Origin: Barthelona sp. PCE
Lineage: Eukaryota
NCBI GenBank assembly: GCA_040285745.1
Contig: JAUFOR010000001.1
Location: 186,001-250,000, forward strand
Direction: 5' to 3'
Length of the DNA: 64,000 nt
Shown: positions 9,840 through 21,339 of the stretch, in pieces
Layout: each line of letters opens with the position of its first letter
How positions within the stretch are numbered: the first letter of the stretch is position 1
Notes under the pieces: model-generated
Told to the model about the DNA's origin: nothing
Databases searched by the model: none
What the model saw: only the letters and a program-made list of their open reading frames with translations
Translations under genes and position numbers: made by a program

Positions 9840-10435
9840 AACAACAAATATGAGGGAGAAGATTACCTTAAAAAAAATTTATTTTGTAAAAAATAATCAA
9901 TTTTTAGCTTTTGATTTTACTTTTATCACCGTGGTAATTAAGACCAGCTTTTGTAAAAAATAATCAATTTTGTAGTATGTTGTAGTATGTTGTTCATTAA
10001 TATATGCATTGGGAACACTACAGCACCCATTTCTATCACAAAATACCAAAAAGTAATACAGGGGTTTTATTTAATAAGTTTATGGGGATAAAACGTTTAA
10101 ACGGGTTAAAAGCTTAGTTAGTAGATACCTTGCTCGGACATGGAGATGAGGACCTTAAGGGCACCGTGAACGTTAGCACCGTTCATAAGGTGCTTGGGAC
10201 AGCCAACCTCCTCGGCAGCCTTGAGGGAGTTGTCAACGGCAGTTGTCATCATCTTATCGAGCTTAGCGCAGACCTCCTCGCGGGTCCAGTTCTCGAAACG
10301 GTAGTTCTGAGCCATCTCAAGACCGGAAACACCGACACCACCGAGGTTGGCGAGTTTTCCGGGAAGATAAACGCGGTTTTCGACGTCCTGGGTGAGTAAA
10401 GACTGGCCGCCAATGTTCACGGGCATGTTAGCTCC
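9596..10435 (+). repeat. Segmental direct duplication, copy 2 (840 bp)
   Basis: Near-identical to 7780-8617. Confidence 0.97.
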
Positions 10436-11482
10436 CTCCGCCACGCCGTAGACACCGTTCTTAAGAAGACGAGCAACTTGTTCGGCATTAACTTCATTTT
10501 GAGTGGCGTTAGGAGCGGCACAATCGGCCTCGATGTCAATATCCCAGACAGAACCCTCATGGTAGACAGCACCCTCGATCTCGAGAGTAGAAAGACGACC
10601 ACGAACAACATTCTTGTGGTGCATGACAGCCTCAATATCTTCCTGAGTGAAACCATCAACCTTGACAAGAGCACCCTTGGAATCGGAGCAGGAGACGGGG
10701 ATGGCACCCTCAATGATACAACGCTCCATGTAGTACTGAGCGACGTTACCGGAACCGGAAACAATGTGCTTGGTACCAGCGATTTCCTTGTTGAGGACAA
10801 CCTTCATGGCGTGACGGAGGGCCATGAAAGCACCGTAACCGGTAGCCTCGGGACGGATAAGAGAACCACCCCAGTTGTGAGACTTACCAGTGAGGACGGT
10901 ACCGGCGGTGTTAGCGAGCTTGCGGTACATACCCTGGAGGAAACCAATCTCTCTGGCACCGACACCGATATCACCAGCGGGGACATCAGTACGGTTGCCG
11001 ATGTGACGGAAGAGCTCCATCATAAAGTTCTGACAAACGGCCTGAACTTCGCGGTCGGACTTGCCCTTGGGGTCGAAGTCACAACCACCCTTACCGCCAC
11101 CCATAAGGAGACCGGTGAGGGAGTTCTTGAAGATCTGCTCAAAACCGAGGAACTTGAGGATACCCAAGTTGACGGTGGGGTGGAAACGAAGACCACCCTT
11201 ATAAGGACCAATAGCGGAGTTGAACTGAACACGGAAACCCTTGTTGACGTTCAAAGCACCGGAATCATCAATCCATGAAACACGGAAACAGATGATTCTC
11301 TCGGGCTCAACGACACGCATAACCTGGGGAAGAAGGTGAGCGTACTTGGCGTTGATCTCCTCGTTCTCATTCTCAAAAATGAGCTTAAGGGACTCGAAGA
11401 CTTCCTTAACGGCTTGAAGGAATTCCTTCTCCCAAGGCTGCTTGGCCTCGAGTTGCTGATAGATCTGATCAATAACGGACAT
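10118..11482 (-). CDS. gdhA: NADP-specific glutamate dehydrogenase
   Basis: EFLQAV, RVQFNSAIGPYKGGLRFHP, FEQIFKNSLTGL, MGGGKGG, DVPAGDIGVG, RPEATGYG, SGSGNVAQY, EGANMP. Confidence 0.98.
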   Translation of the reverse strand: MSVIDQIYQQLEAKQPWEKEFLQAVKEVFESLKLIFENENEEINAKYAHLLPQVMRVVEPERIICFRVSWIDDSGALNVNKGFRVQFNSAIGPYKGGLRFHPTVNLGILKFLGFEQIFKNSLTGLLMGGGKGGCDFDPKGKSDREVQAVCQNFMMELFRHIGNRTDVPAGDIGVGAREIGFLQGMYRKLANTAGTVLTGKSHNWGGSLIRPEATGYGAFMALRHAMKVVLNKEIAGTKHIVSGSGNVAQYYMERCIIEGAIPVSCSDSKGALVKVDGFTQEDIEAVMHHKNVVRGRLSTLEIEGAVYHEGSVWDIDIEADCAAPNATQNEVNAEQVARLLKNGVYGVAEGANMPVNIGGQSLLTQDVENRVYLPGKLANLGGVGVSGLEMAQNYRFENWTREEVCAKLDKMMTTAVDNSLKAAEEVGCPKHLMNGANVHGALKVLISMSEQGIY

Positions 11483-12487
11483 TGGCTAAGTGTAAGTGTC
11501 TCGATTTGAAACAACCTGCGATTACTTAAAGTATTGTGGAAAACAACATTTTTGGATGTTGTTTCGCACATATGAAAGTCATATAAACCTCACAGGATAC
11601 ATTACATACTGATTATTGGGGGATATGAGTGAAAAAACGTAATATGCTTTGTTGAAACATGACTACTGCTCACGAACGAATAGAGACCCCATATAGCCTT
11701 ATATACACAACTTTACAACAAAAATATTGTTATATCAAAACAGCGTCGAGAACGTGGCTTGATTCATTAGTCCATAATTGTCTTGGTCTTATGTTATAAT
11801 ATGCAATATTATTCTTATCTCCGTGTGGGTAGATATGCAGATGTGAATCCCACAGCGATCGGTTGCTCATTTCCTTCAAACTATGACTTATGAAATTCCT
11901 TGCTTTTGAACCTTGTATTTCGCATTTGTTGCACACCACTGTGAATTTTACTAAGAATCCATTCTAGGGCGAGGAGAAATTCCACAAAAGATCTTAAAAC
12001 TAGTTTCTATCTTGAAATTCTTGAAAGTTGCTTAGATCTTAAAAATTCACATATAATCGGGTCTTTTATTTCATTTAAAACAATATGGTACAGTTTTTAT
12101 AAGTAAACATTTGAATTTTTCCAGAATACATATTTCCACAGCGGTAAAGACCTTAAATGTAATGGAGCTGGTTGAAGATGCTTGGTTTTGGTACTTTTAC
12201 CTTCTCCTTATGAATGCAGGTTGATCGTGATTATCTCATACCTTTGGTGTAATCAATCGTTTGCAAATCTTTAAAACCCTGAAATGAGTATATTCGATCC
12301 GGATTCACCAGTACAATACCATAAAATACTTAATTTTAACAAAAAAAAGTTTAAATCGTATCAGTCACAAAATATCGCTTCAACTTCCCTTTTTGCTTCC
12401 CCGAACGCCATTTAAACGCTACCTGCGCAAATAACAAAACATTTTAACGTTTGTTATACCTTTTATTTCCTCTTTTTCTCTGCATTA

Positions 12488-15400
12488 ATGGACCTTCAGT
12501 CTATCGTCTCTAGGACGAACGAGATAAGGGCTAATGCCGTGATTTCGAACCCCGTTCCTACCCATAAATCAAGACGAACTGAGGCGGCTGCAGAAGAGTA
12601 CTTCACATATTGCATAGAAACTCTACAAACTGTTGAGGGCCAGTTAAAGAGCGTTACATCCCCTAAGGTAATTGAAAAACTTGTATTATTGGCAAAGACA
12701 GCATTTGAAGCACTTCACAGCTTCCGCTTCAGCATAACACTAAAACCCATTGGGCTTTACGTCCGTCTACTCAAGTGCCTGTTGAATGTAGCAGAGGATC
12801 AGGTCCTATCAGCACGTACAAAGGATGTTTTTGACTTTTTCCTGGATCATTTCTTACAATCAATGCAGAAGTCCCTTGAAAATATGGACCTCAATGATAT
12901 CGCACCATATTATCGCATTTTTATACCGTATTACACAAAATTACTAAGCTTCACTCTTCAGGAAATGATGCACGCTTTCAACAAAGGAAAATGTTTATCA
13001 TCAGATATGACCCGCAGTTTCAGCCATGAGCTACTTGTATTGCGGTACCTCTTTGAGCGTAACGTTGACTTTGGGGACGGTTATATCGTTCGACCCCTCA
13101 GCATTCTCTTAAAATTTGTGAATCAAGCAACAACGTCAACATCACCTACAAAAGTATTTGAGATCGCAAAGTGCACAACTTTCCTAGAATTCTTCCCGTT
13201 GGCGTGCCTTGAAACGATTGAAATTATCAACCAAAGCAATTACCTCGCAAAACAACTTGGTTCAAGTACACTTAAGAGCTTCAACAGGTTGCTATCGCTC
13301 GTCGGCGACATAAGCGACCGTTTCCAGGAGCACATAGTCAACACATTCTCGAGATGTGACCTAATTATCAAACGCATCACACTGAGCAGCTGTGTTATAC
13401 TCAGTAGATTGACGGTTGACTCCAAGCAGCTGCTTAACCACCACATATCCAGTCTGAAGGGCGTAGGGCAGCATATGTTCGAGCTCTCACTTTATTTCCC
13501 TGTGCCATCAAGAGACTTCTTCATTGAGAGAGAAATAGAGTTCTCAGGAAGTGAAGCTGTGTGCATTGCTGCCATCTGCAGAAATCTACTTCAACAGGTC
13601 AGCGAAAAACTCAATCACCCAGACATAAGGACAGAGGCTCTCATTCTCTTTAGGGTGCTTTTTGATGCTAGTCTGCAACACGCCAAGTCAGAAGACGCGA
13701 GTGTTCTTACGGCGATTGTCCGCAGCATCACAGGCGCTATTTCATCATGCTCGACTTTGGCAGTCTCAATCTTCAGGGAGGAGGAGCACGAAGACACATT
13801 CATGCTCCTTGAACAGATGCTTGACGCGCTCCCCGGCGTTGCAGACGCCCGAGCTCTTCTTAAATTAGGTCAAGTTTTGACACATCTAAAGCTCAACGAC
13901 TCGTTGGCAACGTTTCGAATTGGGGTTCACGCTTTCTCTCTATTACAAGCGTGCCATGAGACGCTGGAGGGCGAAAACCGCAAGATACCACTTGCAAAAG
14001 CAATCCATCAGTTGGCTGAGGCAGCATCATCTCTCGGAGACGTGCGGTCAGCCGTTCGATTTCATGCCGAGGGTCTCAAGATATGCTCAGTACGAGGCAA
14101 TAGGACGGGGCTCAAGCACCACAGCGGCTGCATACGGGATCTTTTCATCAGTGACAACGCCAAATGGGACTGGTCATCCGCTGTCGCTGAGGCTAATTTT
14201 GCAGCATTTGCGCTGTCGGATGTGCCAGAAAAGGACGCTATCAAGGTGCTCAAGCTCTTGAAAGGGGCTGATGTAAGCAACAAGTCTCTCATACTGGCAA
14301 AATTAGCTGGGAAATCGAAGCGTAAAATTTGCGTTAAAGGTGCCCTCGCCCAGACACTGTACCAGTACTACAGCAGAGGACTCGTCGATGGTGAGGTCCT
14401 TGCTGCGGTCGTCACCTCTTTGGAGCGCGTCAAAAACCTCACCCCTATCACAATGGAACTATTCTTCGTAACCATCGCGCAACTCTTTTCGATGTTCGAA
14501 GTGGAGCGTGCACTGTCTGTCATTGGAACACTGAGGTCCATCAAGGAGATCGATCCAGCGTGCATGACGGCATGTGGCATCACAGATGTGCACGAGTTCC
14601 TTCTCTTTCTGGAGCAGTTTTCTTTCCTACCCTTTGTTCTGCTAGCAGTACGCAGCGAGCATATCACAGAAGAAGCAATGGTTGCGTTCCACACTTCAGG
14701 ATCCTTCACGTCGGTCGGAGAAAGCTTCTCACCAGAACAACCTCAGAAACTCTTTGCTTCGTTATACGGGCACATATCGTGCGGCGTGCAGCTGATCCTT
14801 GACTGTGAGACGAACGCAGCTTTCTCACACTTCAGAAACGCGCTTAAGTTTATTATTATGGATGATCTTTTACACATTCCCGGCTACGCAGCTGTAATGG
14901 GAGTCGTTAAACCGATGCTCTTTGCGCTGTTGACGACCGCATCCCTTTTGAGTGGCGTTGACGATGAAGCAAGGTACTACGCCACCTCATTAGCTGAGAT
15001 CACTGACGCCAGCCCTCTTGTCAGCATTTTGTCATCATTGTCTCAGTGTGGTGTCGAGCTGGCACAGTGTTATCCCGACTATGAGGGTGTGTCATCAAGT
15101 ATTGAGACTGTTGCAGCCGAGATGGAGACATATGAAGAATCTGATGTCGTAAACCGCATTAATGGAATCGTAGCAATGCTCAATGGAAGCACGGAGTGCA
15201 CTTTGCCAGGAGCTATCGGTGGAGTGTGCTCAGAAAACGTTGAGGCGATCCCTCCTATCATGATCAACCGCCTGCTCCCAATGACGGACCCTTCAGCACT
15301 CGTGCTCGATTATGTGTTGGGATTGAGCCGCATTATCCGTACGAACTGGCGGACCGATAAGATTGCGCCAGACTTCCCGAGCCAGGACGATTTTACGGCA

Positions 15401-16900
15401 CTTGCAATGCAGCTTTCGGAAGATACACGTCTGTTTGAGATGGAAGTAGTCGAAAAGACACTGTACATATCTGTTATTGAGCAGAAACAGACAATCAGTG
15501 CCGCTATTCCCGTCTCCGATGATTTTAAAAAATTCATGACCAGCTTCTACAATACCGTTGAAGAAAGCGTGCGGGGCGCCAAGCTGGATACTGAGGATAA
15601 AGTTGAGTGGTGGAGAAAGCGAAACGCCGTCGATGACGTACTCGACACCCTGTCGCAGAAAATTGACTCCGAACTCTATATGATCCACGGTCTCCTGAAT
15701 GGAAAGCGCGCTGATCTCGAGCAAAGGGCCACCGTTACGCAGATTGCTGCGGATCTAAGCGATGAGTACGGACTAACCGGAGCGCAACGCTTTGCAATGG
15801 AACTCGTTGTGGATCTATCCCCTGCTGTGCCCCTCTTCCTTGTTGAGGCTCTGGGCCTTGAGCCCGATGAAGTTGACTTACTGCTTGAGTGCGTGAACGA
15901 CCTGCTCGCTGATGAAGATATTGTTGAAACTCAGAGGTGTCACGCACAGTTGGCTTTAGGTAGACAATTAATTTGGTTCCCAATTGAGCGCATACTCACA
16001 AACACCCGCTCTGTGATCACCCGTGTGACTGACCTGCATCTTCTAGTGACCCTGGAACATCTCCAAAAGAGCAGAACGGTCGGTCGCCACTCTTATTTCA
16101 TGGTAAACCCGTCGGGAGATCTTCCTGGCTGTGAGAAGACGTTTGCAACACTCCTTAAGGGTACACCCGGTTTCCGAGGAACAGTTGGCGCGATACCCCG
16201 GCTGTACAGTAAGAAGAATAACTCTACGCAGAGAAATGAAAACAAAAATGATTTGGTAACATTGCATCATATGTTTGACGAAATAACATCCTCAGACATC
16301 TTCCTGTACTTCGGACACGGCGCAGGACAGCAGCATCTAGACTTCCAGCGTGTTGTTCGAGAGAATGCTGCACCATCAGTGTGTATGCTATTTGGGTGTT
16401 CATCAGGAGCTCAAGTATTCACCGGACCACGTGGCGTTTTCCTGCCGTGGGGCAAAGTGTCTGATCTGCTCGTCAGTGGCACGCTTTTTGCTGTCGGGTG
16501 TCTGTGGGATGTAACTGAGGATATAGACAGATTGGCCAATCCGTTTTTGAAGCACTATTTTGGTAATGAAACTCGCAATAACAACGTCGTTGTTGGAGAA
16601 GCGCTCGAGCAGGGCATCAGCAGTGTGAAGGCAAAGGCGCTAACAGGACTTTCTGTTGTTATGTATGGTCTTCCCACACTCACAGAACACATTCCCAACT
16701 ATGGAACTTCAACTACGCAGCGACTCGTGAAGAGCGTGGCCGCGCTCAACATCGGGGTAACCCCACGTATGCCTGGAAAGGATGAAAATGAAGGCAGAGA
16801 GGCATTGCAAAATATTCGAGCAAGAAGAAATAAGCTCTTCACTACAAAGAAGAAGACAGTTGGGAACAGGACCCCGAAGAAGAGGCTTCTGTTCAGATAG
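12488..16900 (+). CDS. ESP1: Separase (peptidase C50)
   Basis: C-terminal WWRKR, VNPSGDL, FLYFGHGAG (catalytic His), LFGCSSG (catalytic Cys), VGCLWDVT-DIDR, VMYGLP; long helical N-terminus. Confidence 0.95.
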   Translation: MDLQSIVSRTNEIRANAVISNPVPTHKSRRTEAAAEEYFTYCIETLQTVEGQLKSVTSPKVIEKLVLLAKTAFEALHSFRFSITLKPIGLYVRLLKCLLNVAEDQVLSARTKDVFDFFLDHFLQSMQKSLENMDLNDIAPYYRIFIPYYTKLLSFTLQEMMHAFNKGKCLSSDMTRSFSHELLVLRYLFERNVDFGDGYIVRPLSILLKFVNQATTSTSPTKVFEIAKCTTFLEFFPLACLETIEIINQSNYLAKQLGSSTLKSFNRLLSLVGDISDRFQEHIVNTFSRCDLIIKRITLSSCVILSRLTVDSKQLLNHHISSLKGVGQHMFELSLYFPVPSRDFFIEREIEFSGSEAVCIAAICRNLLQQVSEKLNHPDIRTEALILFRVLFDASLQHAKSEDASVLTAIVRSITGAISSCSTLAVSIFREEEHEDTFMLLEQMLDALPGVADARALLKLGQVLTHLKLNDSLATFRIGVHAFSLLQACHETLEGENRKIPLAKAIHQLAEAASSLGDVRSAVRFHAEGLKICSVRGNRTGLKHHSGCIRDLFISDNAKWDWSSAVAEANFAAFALSDVPEKDAIKVLKLLKGADVSNKSLILAKLAGKSKRKICVKGALAQTLYQYYSRGLVDGEVLAAVVTSLERVKNLTPITMELFFVTIAQLFSMFEVERALSVIGTLRSIKEIDPACMTACGITDVHEFLLFLEQFSFLPFVLLAVRSEHITEEAMVAFHTSGSFTSVGESFSPEQPQKLFASLYGHISCGVQLILDCETNAAFSHFRNALKFIIMDDLLHIPGYAAVMGVVKPMLFALLTTASLLSGVDDEARYYATSLAEITDASPLVSILSSLSQCGVELAQCYPDYEGVSSSIETVAAEMETYEESDVVNRINGIVAMLNGSTECTLPGAIGGVCSENVEAIPPIMINRLLPMTDPSALVLDYVLGLSRIIRTNWRTDKIAPDFPSQDDFTALAMQLSEDTRLFEMEVVEKTLYISVIEQKQTISAAIPVSDDFKKFMTSFYNTVEESVRGAKLDTEDKVEWWRKRNAVDDVLDTLSQKIDSELYMIHGLLNGKRADLEQRATVTQIAADLSDEYGLTGAQRFAMELVVDLSPAVPLFLVEALGLEPDEVDLLLECVNDLLADEDIVETQRCHAQLALGRQLIWFPIERILTNTRSVITRVTDLHLLVTLEHLQKSRTVGRHSYFMVNPSGDLPGCEKTFATLLKGTPGFRGTVGAIPRLYSKKNNSTQRNENKNDLVTLHHMFDEITSSDIFLYFGHGAGQQHLDFQRVVRENAAPSVCMLFGCSSGAQVFTGPRGVFLPWGKVSDLLVSGTLFAVGCLWDVTEDIDRLANPFLKHYFGNETRNNNVVVGEALEQGISSVKAKALTGLSVVMYGLPTLTEHIPNYGTSTTQRLVKSVAALNIGVTPRMPGKDENEGREALQNIRARRNKLFTTKKKTVGNRTPKKRLLFR

Positions 16901-16980
16901 TATGTTAAACAATTGTATTGAATAAACGAACAAATTATTTGTATTCTACTACTTCACCTTCACTCGAATACACTTTTTCA

Positions 16981-17646
16981 ATGGAAAACGTTTCAGCAGC
17001 CGTAAAAACCACCAGACCAGAAAGCAGAAGAACAAAACACGATGTTAACGCAGTGCAACCACTGTTCGATAAGTTAGAAGTCGAAGAGCAGGATATCGAT
17101 ATGGAAGAGATTAGACACGTCTACGTACCTGCTAACAGACTGAGTCCTTTAAAGCGTGAGTGGGCAAGTCTTTATGAACCACTCGTAAAGCAACTCCATT
17201 TACAAGTACAGTACCATAGCAGGCGGAAACAGGTTCTTCTGAGGAACTCCCCACAGACAAAGGATATTGGAGCGCTCGACAAAGGACAAGAGTTTGTTAG
17301 AGCTTTCATTTTGGGTTTTACCATTGACGACGCACTTGCTATCCTGCGTCTTGAGGACATTCACATCGAGACTTTCCGCATTGGCGATGTCAAAGAGCTC
17401 AAGGGCGCTCACCTCAGCAGAGCTATCGGTCGATTGGCTGGTAAGGACGGAAAGACCAGACTCACACTCGAAAACACAACGAGGACGCGTATTGTCCTCG
17501 AAGACAGTAAGTGGCACATATTAGGAACATATGCTGGTGTCACAATGGCGAAAAACGCAATGGTTGCACTCATTCGTGGCAGTCCAGCCGGTAAAGTTTA
17601 CAACAAGTTGCGCAGAATCGCAGACAGACACAGGACCCGTTTCTGA
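16981..17646 (+). CDS. PNO1: Pre-rRNA-processing KH-domain protein PNO1/Dim2
   Basis: VPANRLSPLKREW, LGFTIDDALAILRL, HLSRAIGRLAGKDGKT, LIRGSPAGKVY; first in-frame ATG at 16981. Confidence 0.95.
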   Translation: MENVSAAVKTTRPESRRTKHDVNAVQPLFDKLEVEEQDIDMEEIRHVYVPANRLSPLKREWASLYEPLVKQLHLQVQYHSRRKQVLLRNSPQTKDIGALDKGQEFVRAFILGFTIDDALAILRLEDIHIETFRIGDVKELKGAHLSRAIGRLAGKDGKTRLTLENTTRTRIVLEDSKWHILGTYAGVTMAKNAMVALIRGSPAGKVYNKLRRIADRHRTRF

Positions 17647-17650
17647 TTTA

Positions 17651-18670
17651 CTAAGCGATCATAACCCCTTTTGAATCAGCCAGAGATTGCAATCTTACAA
17701 ATAAATCCTTGAAGAGTATATGGTTAATTTGGGAGATCTCCAGCGTTTTAACTGTGAATGTGTTGTTCTCTGTGAAAACCGTCTGCAGCAACTCTACAAC
17801 CTCTTGGTCAACACCACAGTATGCAATACTAACATCTTGGATTTGAATAGTGGGGAGACGCTGCACTAGGGCACGTAGATCTGCCTTATCAACCGGGTTG
17901 TGGTTCACATACAAGTTCTTAAGATGTGTGCACTCGAAGAACTCCAGTACACGAGAAGACTGGCACTTCGAAACATCAAGCATTGTTAAGCCTGTCAATG
18001 TTTTGAGTGTTTCGATTGTGGTGCCATCGATGGGGCAGGCACTAATATTGAGTCCAACAAGAGTTTCAGGAACTAAACTTACAAATGCGTTAACCGAACC
18101 AGTTGTTGAAAATAAATGTGTAAGGTTAAGTAATTTCGTGCCTGTCATAAGGGGCACAATCTGCTGGAAAACAGCTACGTTACGCTCAACAATCTCTGCT
18201 GACTGAGGGGATTTGACGGAGAAATCAAAATGGTTGGGCTTTTCAGCAAACTTTGAGAAGAATTGAACAAGTAATTCTGCAGGGTAAGAATCGTGCAACT
18301 TGATGCCGCTCATCTTTATATTTGAATGAACAAGCATGTCACCAAATTCCAGCAAAACGTCTTCCAGACCTGCACAAAGGTATAGTTCAACACGTTCAAG
18401 GCGTTCAATGATTCCCTGCTCGCGCATGACCGTGAGGAAAAGATGGAAAGACTCAGGAGTGTTGGGAATGAAAGAAACACCGACGGATTGACAGAAATTC
18501 ATCAATTCAATGATTACATTGCTGTGGTGTTCGCTCATTTGGTTGGGAAAATGAAACATAAAACCATTCTCGGGTGCTGAAGCTAAAGTTTGGAGATAGT
18601 CAACATATTCTCTCTCGTCTCCGTACTTTTTGGCGTACTTCTTTAATGCCTTCAACTTGGGTTTGGCCAT
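17651..18670 (-). CDS. Leucine-rich-repeat protein (RNI-like)
   Basis: LxxLxLS-type repeats (LVGLNISAC, LTMLDVSKC, LKNLYVNHN); first ATG at 18670. Confidence 0.75.
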   Translation of the reverse strand: MAKPKLKALKKYAKKYGDEREYVDYLQTLASAPENGFMFHFPNQMSEHHSNVIIELMNFCQSVGVSFIPNTPESFHLFLTVMREQGIIERLERVELYLCAGLEDVLLEFGDMLVHSNIKMSGIKLHDSYPAELLVQFFSKFAEKPNHFDFSVKSPQSAEIVERNVAVFQQIVPLMTGTKLLNLTHLFSTTGSVNAFVSLVPETLVGLNISACPIDGTTIETLKTLTGLTMLDVSKCQSSRVLEFFECTHLKNLYVNHNPVDKADLRALVQRLPTIQIQDVSIAYCGVDQEVVELLQTVFTENNTFTVKTLEISQINHILFKDLFVRLQSLADSKGVMIA

Positions 18671-19384
18671 TTCAGTGATATGTGTGGTGTGAAAAAAAAA
18701 GTGAGAGGGGTGAGAAGTATCTTTTTCAAGCCATTCTTCTGCAATAGCTGTTCCTATGTTTTCCCCAATCGTTGTGAACTTGGCTTCCAATGAATGTGCG
18801 GTTTAACCCTCACGGACTTATAGATTCCGGTCGTCAAACTCAGTCAGGCAAGCTAACATAAATGGTGATTGAAAGACTCTATTTATGCTGCATCTTGCTT
18901 TTCTAGGTTAAATATCATGCTTCCCATACTTAAATGTTGCAAATAAAAACACATGTGGTTAACCTCTAATTCCAACAATTACTCGCTAAATATGGCATAT
19001 TTCTCTTCTGTTTACATTCATTATGTCATACATTTACGAGCATATGCCAATAATTAGCACCTCTAAAGATACTCTCAGAACATACATAATTTGCACATCC
19101 ATTGGTTAGCTTTTTGGTTCACTACTGGTTAATTTTTCGTTTATATAACATATAGCGTGCATTAAGCCGATAAACTACTCAAAATATAAAAAATACAAAC
19201 GAAGCAGGTATCTAATATCGTCAATAACCATAGAAGGCAAGATACTTATGGTGAGGAGGATTATACACAAATTGCGTGAGTTTATACCATTTAAAGAGTC
19301 AAAACAAGACCAACAACAGCGCTTTATCAAGTTCCTCCTTATTCCTTTTTCCCTGGGGTTTTTGTTTCGTTAAGCACTATTAAT

Positions 19385-19756
19385 ATGCAACAGACTGTCC
19401 AAGTGGTCGAGAATACCTACCAATTAGCACCTGAACGCCCTTTTCAAGCTACTCCTGTTCGAGAGATCATTAAATCAGTAATCGAAGAGAAGCTTGGCAC
19501 CCACCCATACGAACCAATCTGGGCTAACGGAATTTCACAAGAAATATCTGAGGAAGTGCGTGCCAGAGTTACAGACCTTGATTTCGATCGTTATAAGATT
19601 GTTGTGTTAACTACAGTCACAGAAAACAAGTCACAGGGGTGCATTGTCGCCTCCCGTTGCCTTTGGGATGCTGAAACTGATAACTATGTAAGTGAAAATT
19701 TTTCTAACCAGCATTTAATTTGTATCTGCACAGTTTTCTGCACTTACTACGAGTAG
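19385..19756 (+). CDS. Tctex1-type dynein light chain (TCTEX1D2-like)
   Basis: ENTYQLAP, RYKIVV, GCIVASRCLWDAETDNYVS. Confidence 0.92.
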   Translation: MQQTVQVVENTYQLAPERPFQATPVREIIKSVIEEKLGTHPYEPIWANGISQEISEEVRARVTDLDFDRYKIVVLTTVTENKSQGCIVASRCLWDAETDNYVSENFSNQHLICICTVFCTYYE

Positions 19757-19782
19757 TTCTTTATTTATGTAAAATCAATCAT

Positions 19783-21339
19783 TTATTCTTCTGTAAGACT
19801 CTGTAAAATCACTCCTTCGCAATCTGCTGACAAAATTTTTAAAATTTCAAACATAGCTGCAAATTCCTCTTCTTCTTCTTCTTCTTCCTCTGATTTATCT
19901 CTGATGAATCCTGCCTCGAAGCAATTTTCTCCAAAAATGGAACGGCCTTCCTCTAAGATAGCTGCCTGACAGTTTCTAATCAATTCAACCACATCATCTT
20001 GGGCAACGGTCTCGTTCTCCTTGTTTCTCTCAATGAACTCCTTGTATATGTTCTTAAGGTCTTCAATGTTACCACATTCAATAACTAAAAGCATTGCTGA
20101 CCTGTAACTGTCCGATATCCTCCTTTGAGACTCTAAAATTGCTAAAAGCTCACTGTTATCAAATCTGAGACCTTCATAACCTTGGGAGACACGCACGAAC
20201 TCATCAATCAACGCAAAAGGCGCGCTTTCCTTCATGATACGTTGCAACGTTGCCATAAAGAAACCATCAATGACTTCCTGATGAACAATATCGAAATCAA
20301 AAACAGTAGTACCATCAAACTCAATTAGTTGAATAGCGGCCCTGTTCAGCTCGGAGCTGATCAAAACCGAACATCCATCGTCGATATCGAAAAACATTGT
20401 ACTTAACTCAAGTAAACAAGTACCATATTCTTCGCATAACACTGACCATAATTCCTTGTCTTCTGTCTCAACAACAAACTCGTGCAGTTTATCCAAAACC
20501 TCGGTTACCCCATCTATAACGGAGATAGTGGAATATGTTAGTTTAGCGATGTTCTCATCATCACCCGTCTTAATCTCATTAATCATGGCTTCGATACTAG
20601 CCATGCTCTCATCCAACCCCTTGAAGAATGTGCTCAGACGGTGGAGAATAGCCTCTCTGTCCCAAACACCTAACTGTATGCCAAACACTGTGGCAGCAGA
20701 AACCATTTCAACCGGTTCATCAAGTTCCAAAATTGCATTCACAAATGCTTCTGATGCATCAAAGAATGTTGCTTCCATCCTGGCAAGACGTGTGCACAAT
20801 CGAATATGATTGGTGAGTACTAGTTCTGTCTCAATTTGGGTGTAAGATTCAAAAATTTTCTCGAGTGCATCGATAATAGTCACATTTTCGACATTTAAAT
20901 CAATGGGATCGTCTGCAATGTCGAGCAAATAGATGAATATTGACATAAACTTATCCAAAATTAACAAAACTTCTTCAAAATTTTCTTCAAAATCTGTAAC
21001 AATGGTGTAAAATAATGTTTTAAAATGACCAAACAACGCCATGAATCGAGCCATACTATCACTATCACTCTGCCCTAAAAGACTTAGGATTGCCTGAAGG
21101 ACATTAACAGAAAGAATTATTTCATCCTGTTTGAATGTCTCTATGAGTAGACGGAACACGTCCTCCTTGTTAATGAAAGTGTTGATCTCTGCTGAGCCCA
21201 AATTTAAGTTGCAACATGCAAGAATACCTTTTTCTCTGTCGCTCCTCTTTGTTGAACGGATCAATCTAACAATCTGGTTTGATCGTGCAGACTTAGCTCT
21301 TTCCTGATGAGGAAGTTTGTTAACAGGTTGATAGGGCAT
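19783..21339 (-). CDS. Acidic helical (ARM/HEAT-like) protein; HEATR3/Syo1-like N-terminus is tentative
   Basis: 518-aa ORF; basic N-terminus followed by helical, very acidic sequence. Confidence 0.7.
   Translation of the reverse strand: MPYQPVNKLPHQERAKSARSNQIVRLIRSTKRSDREKGILACCNLNLGSAEINTFINKEDVFRLLIETFKQDEIILSVNVLQAILSLLGQSDSDSMARFMALFGHFKTLFYTIVTDFEENFEEVLLILDKFMSIFIYLLDIADDPIDLNVENVTIIDALEKIFESYTQIETELVLTNHIRLCTRLARMEATFFDASEAFVNAILELDEPVEMVSAATVFGIQLGVWDREAILHRLSTFFKGLDESMASIEAMINEIKTGDDENIAKLTYSTISVIDGVTEVLDKLHEFVVETEDKELWSVLCEEYGTCLLELSTMFFDIDDGCSVLISSELNRAAIQLIEFDGTTVFDFDIVHQEVIDGFFMATLQRIMKESAPFALIDEFVRVSQGYEGLRFDNSELLAILESQRRISDSYRSAMLLVIECGNIEDLKNIYKEFIERNKENETVAQDDVVELIRNCQAAILEEGRSIFGENCFEAGFIRDKSEEEEEEEEEFAAMFEILKILSADCEGVILQSLTEE

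Noticed and set aside
10478-11278. 266-aa plus-strand ORF antisense to gdhA
   Set aside because: Shadow ORF explained by strong codon bias of a highly expressed gene; no protein-like motifs.
11730-11939. 69-aa minus-strand ORF with CxxC in the gdhA-separase gap
   Set aside because: Non-ATG start, short, no recognisable family; at most a decayed remnant.
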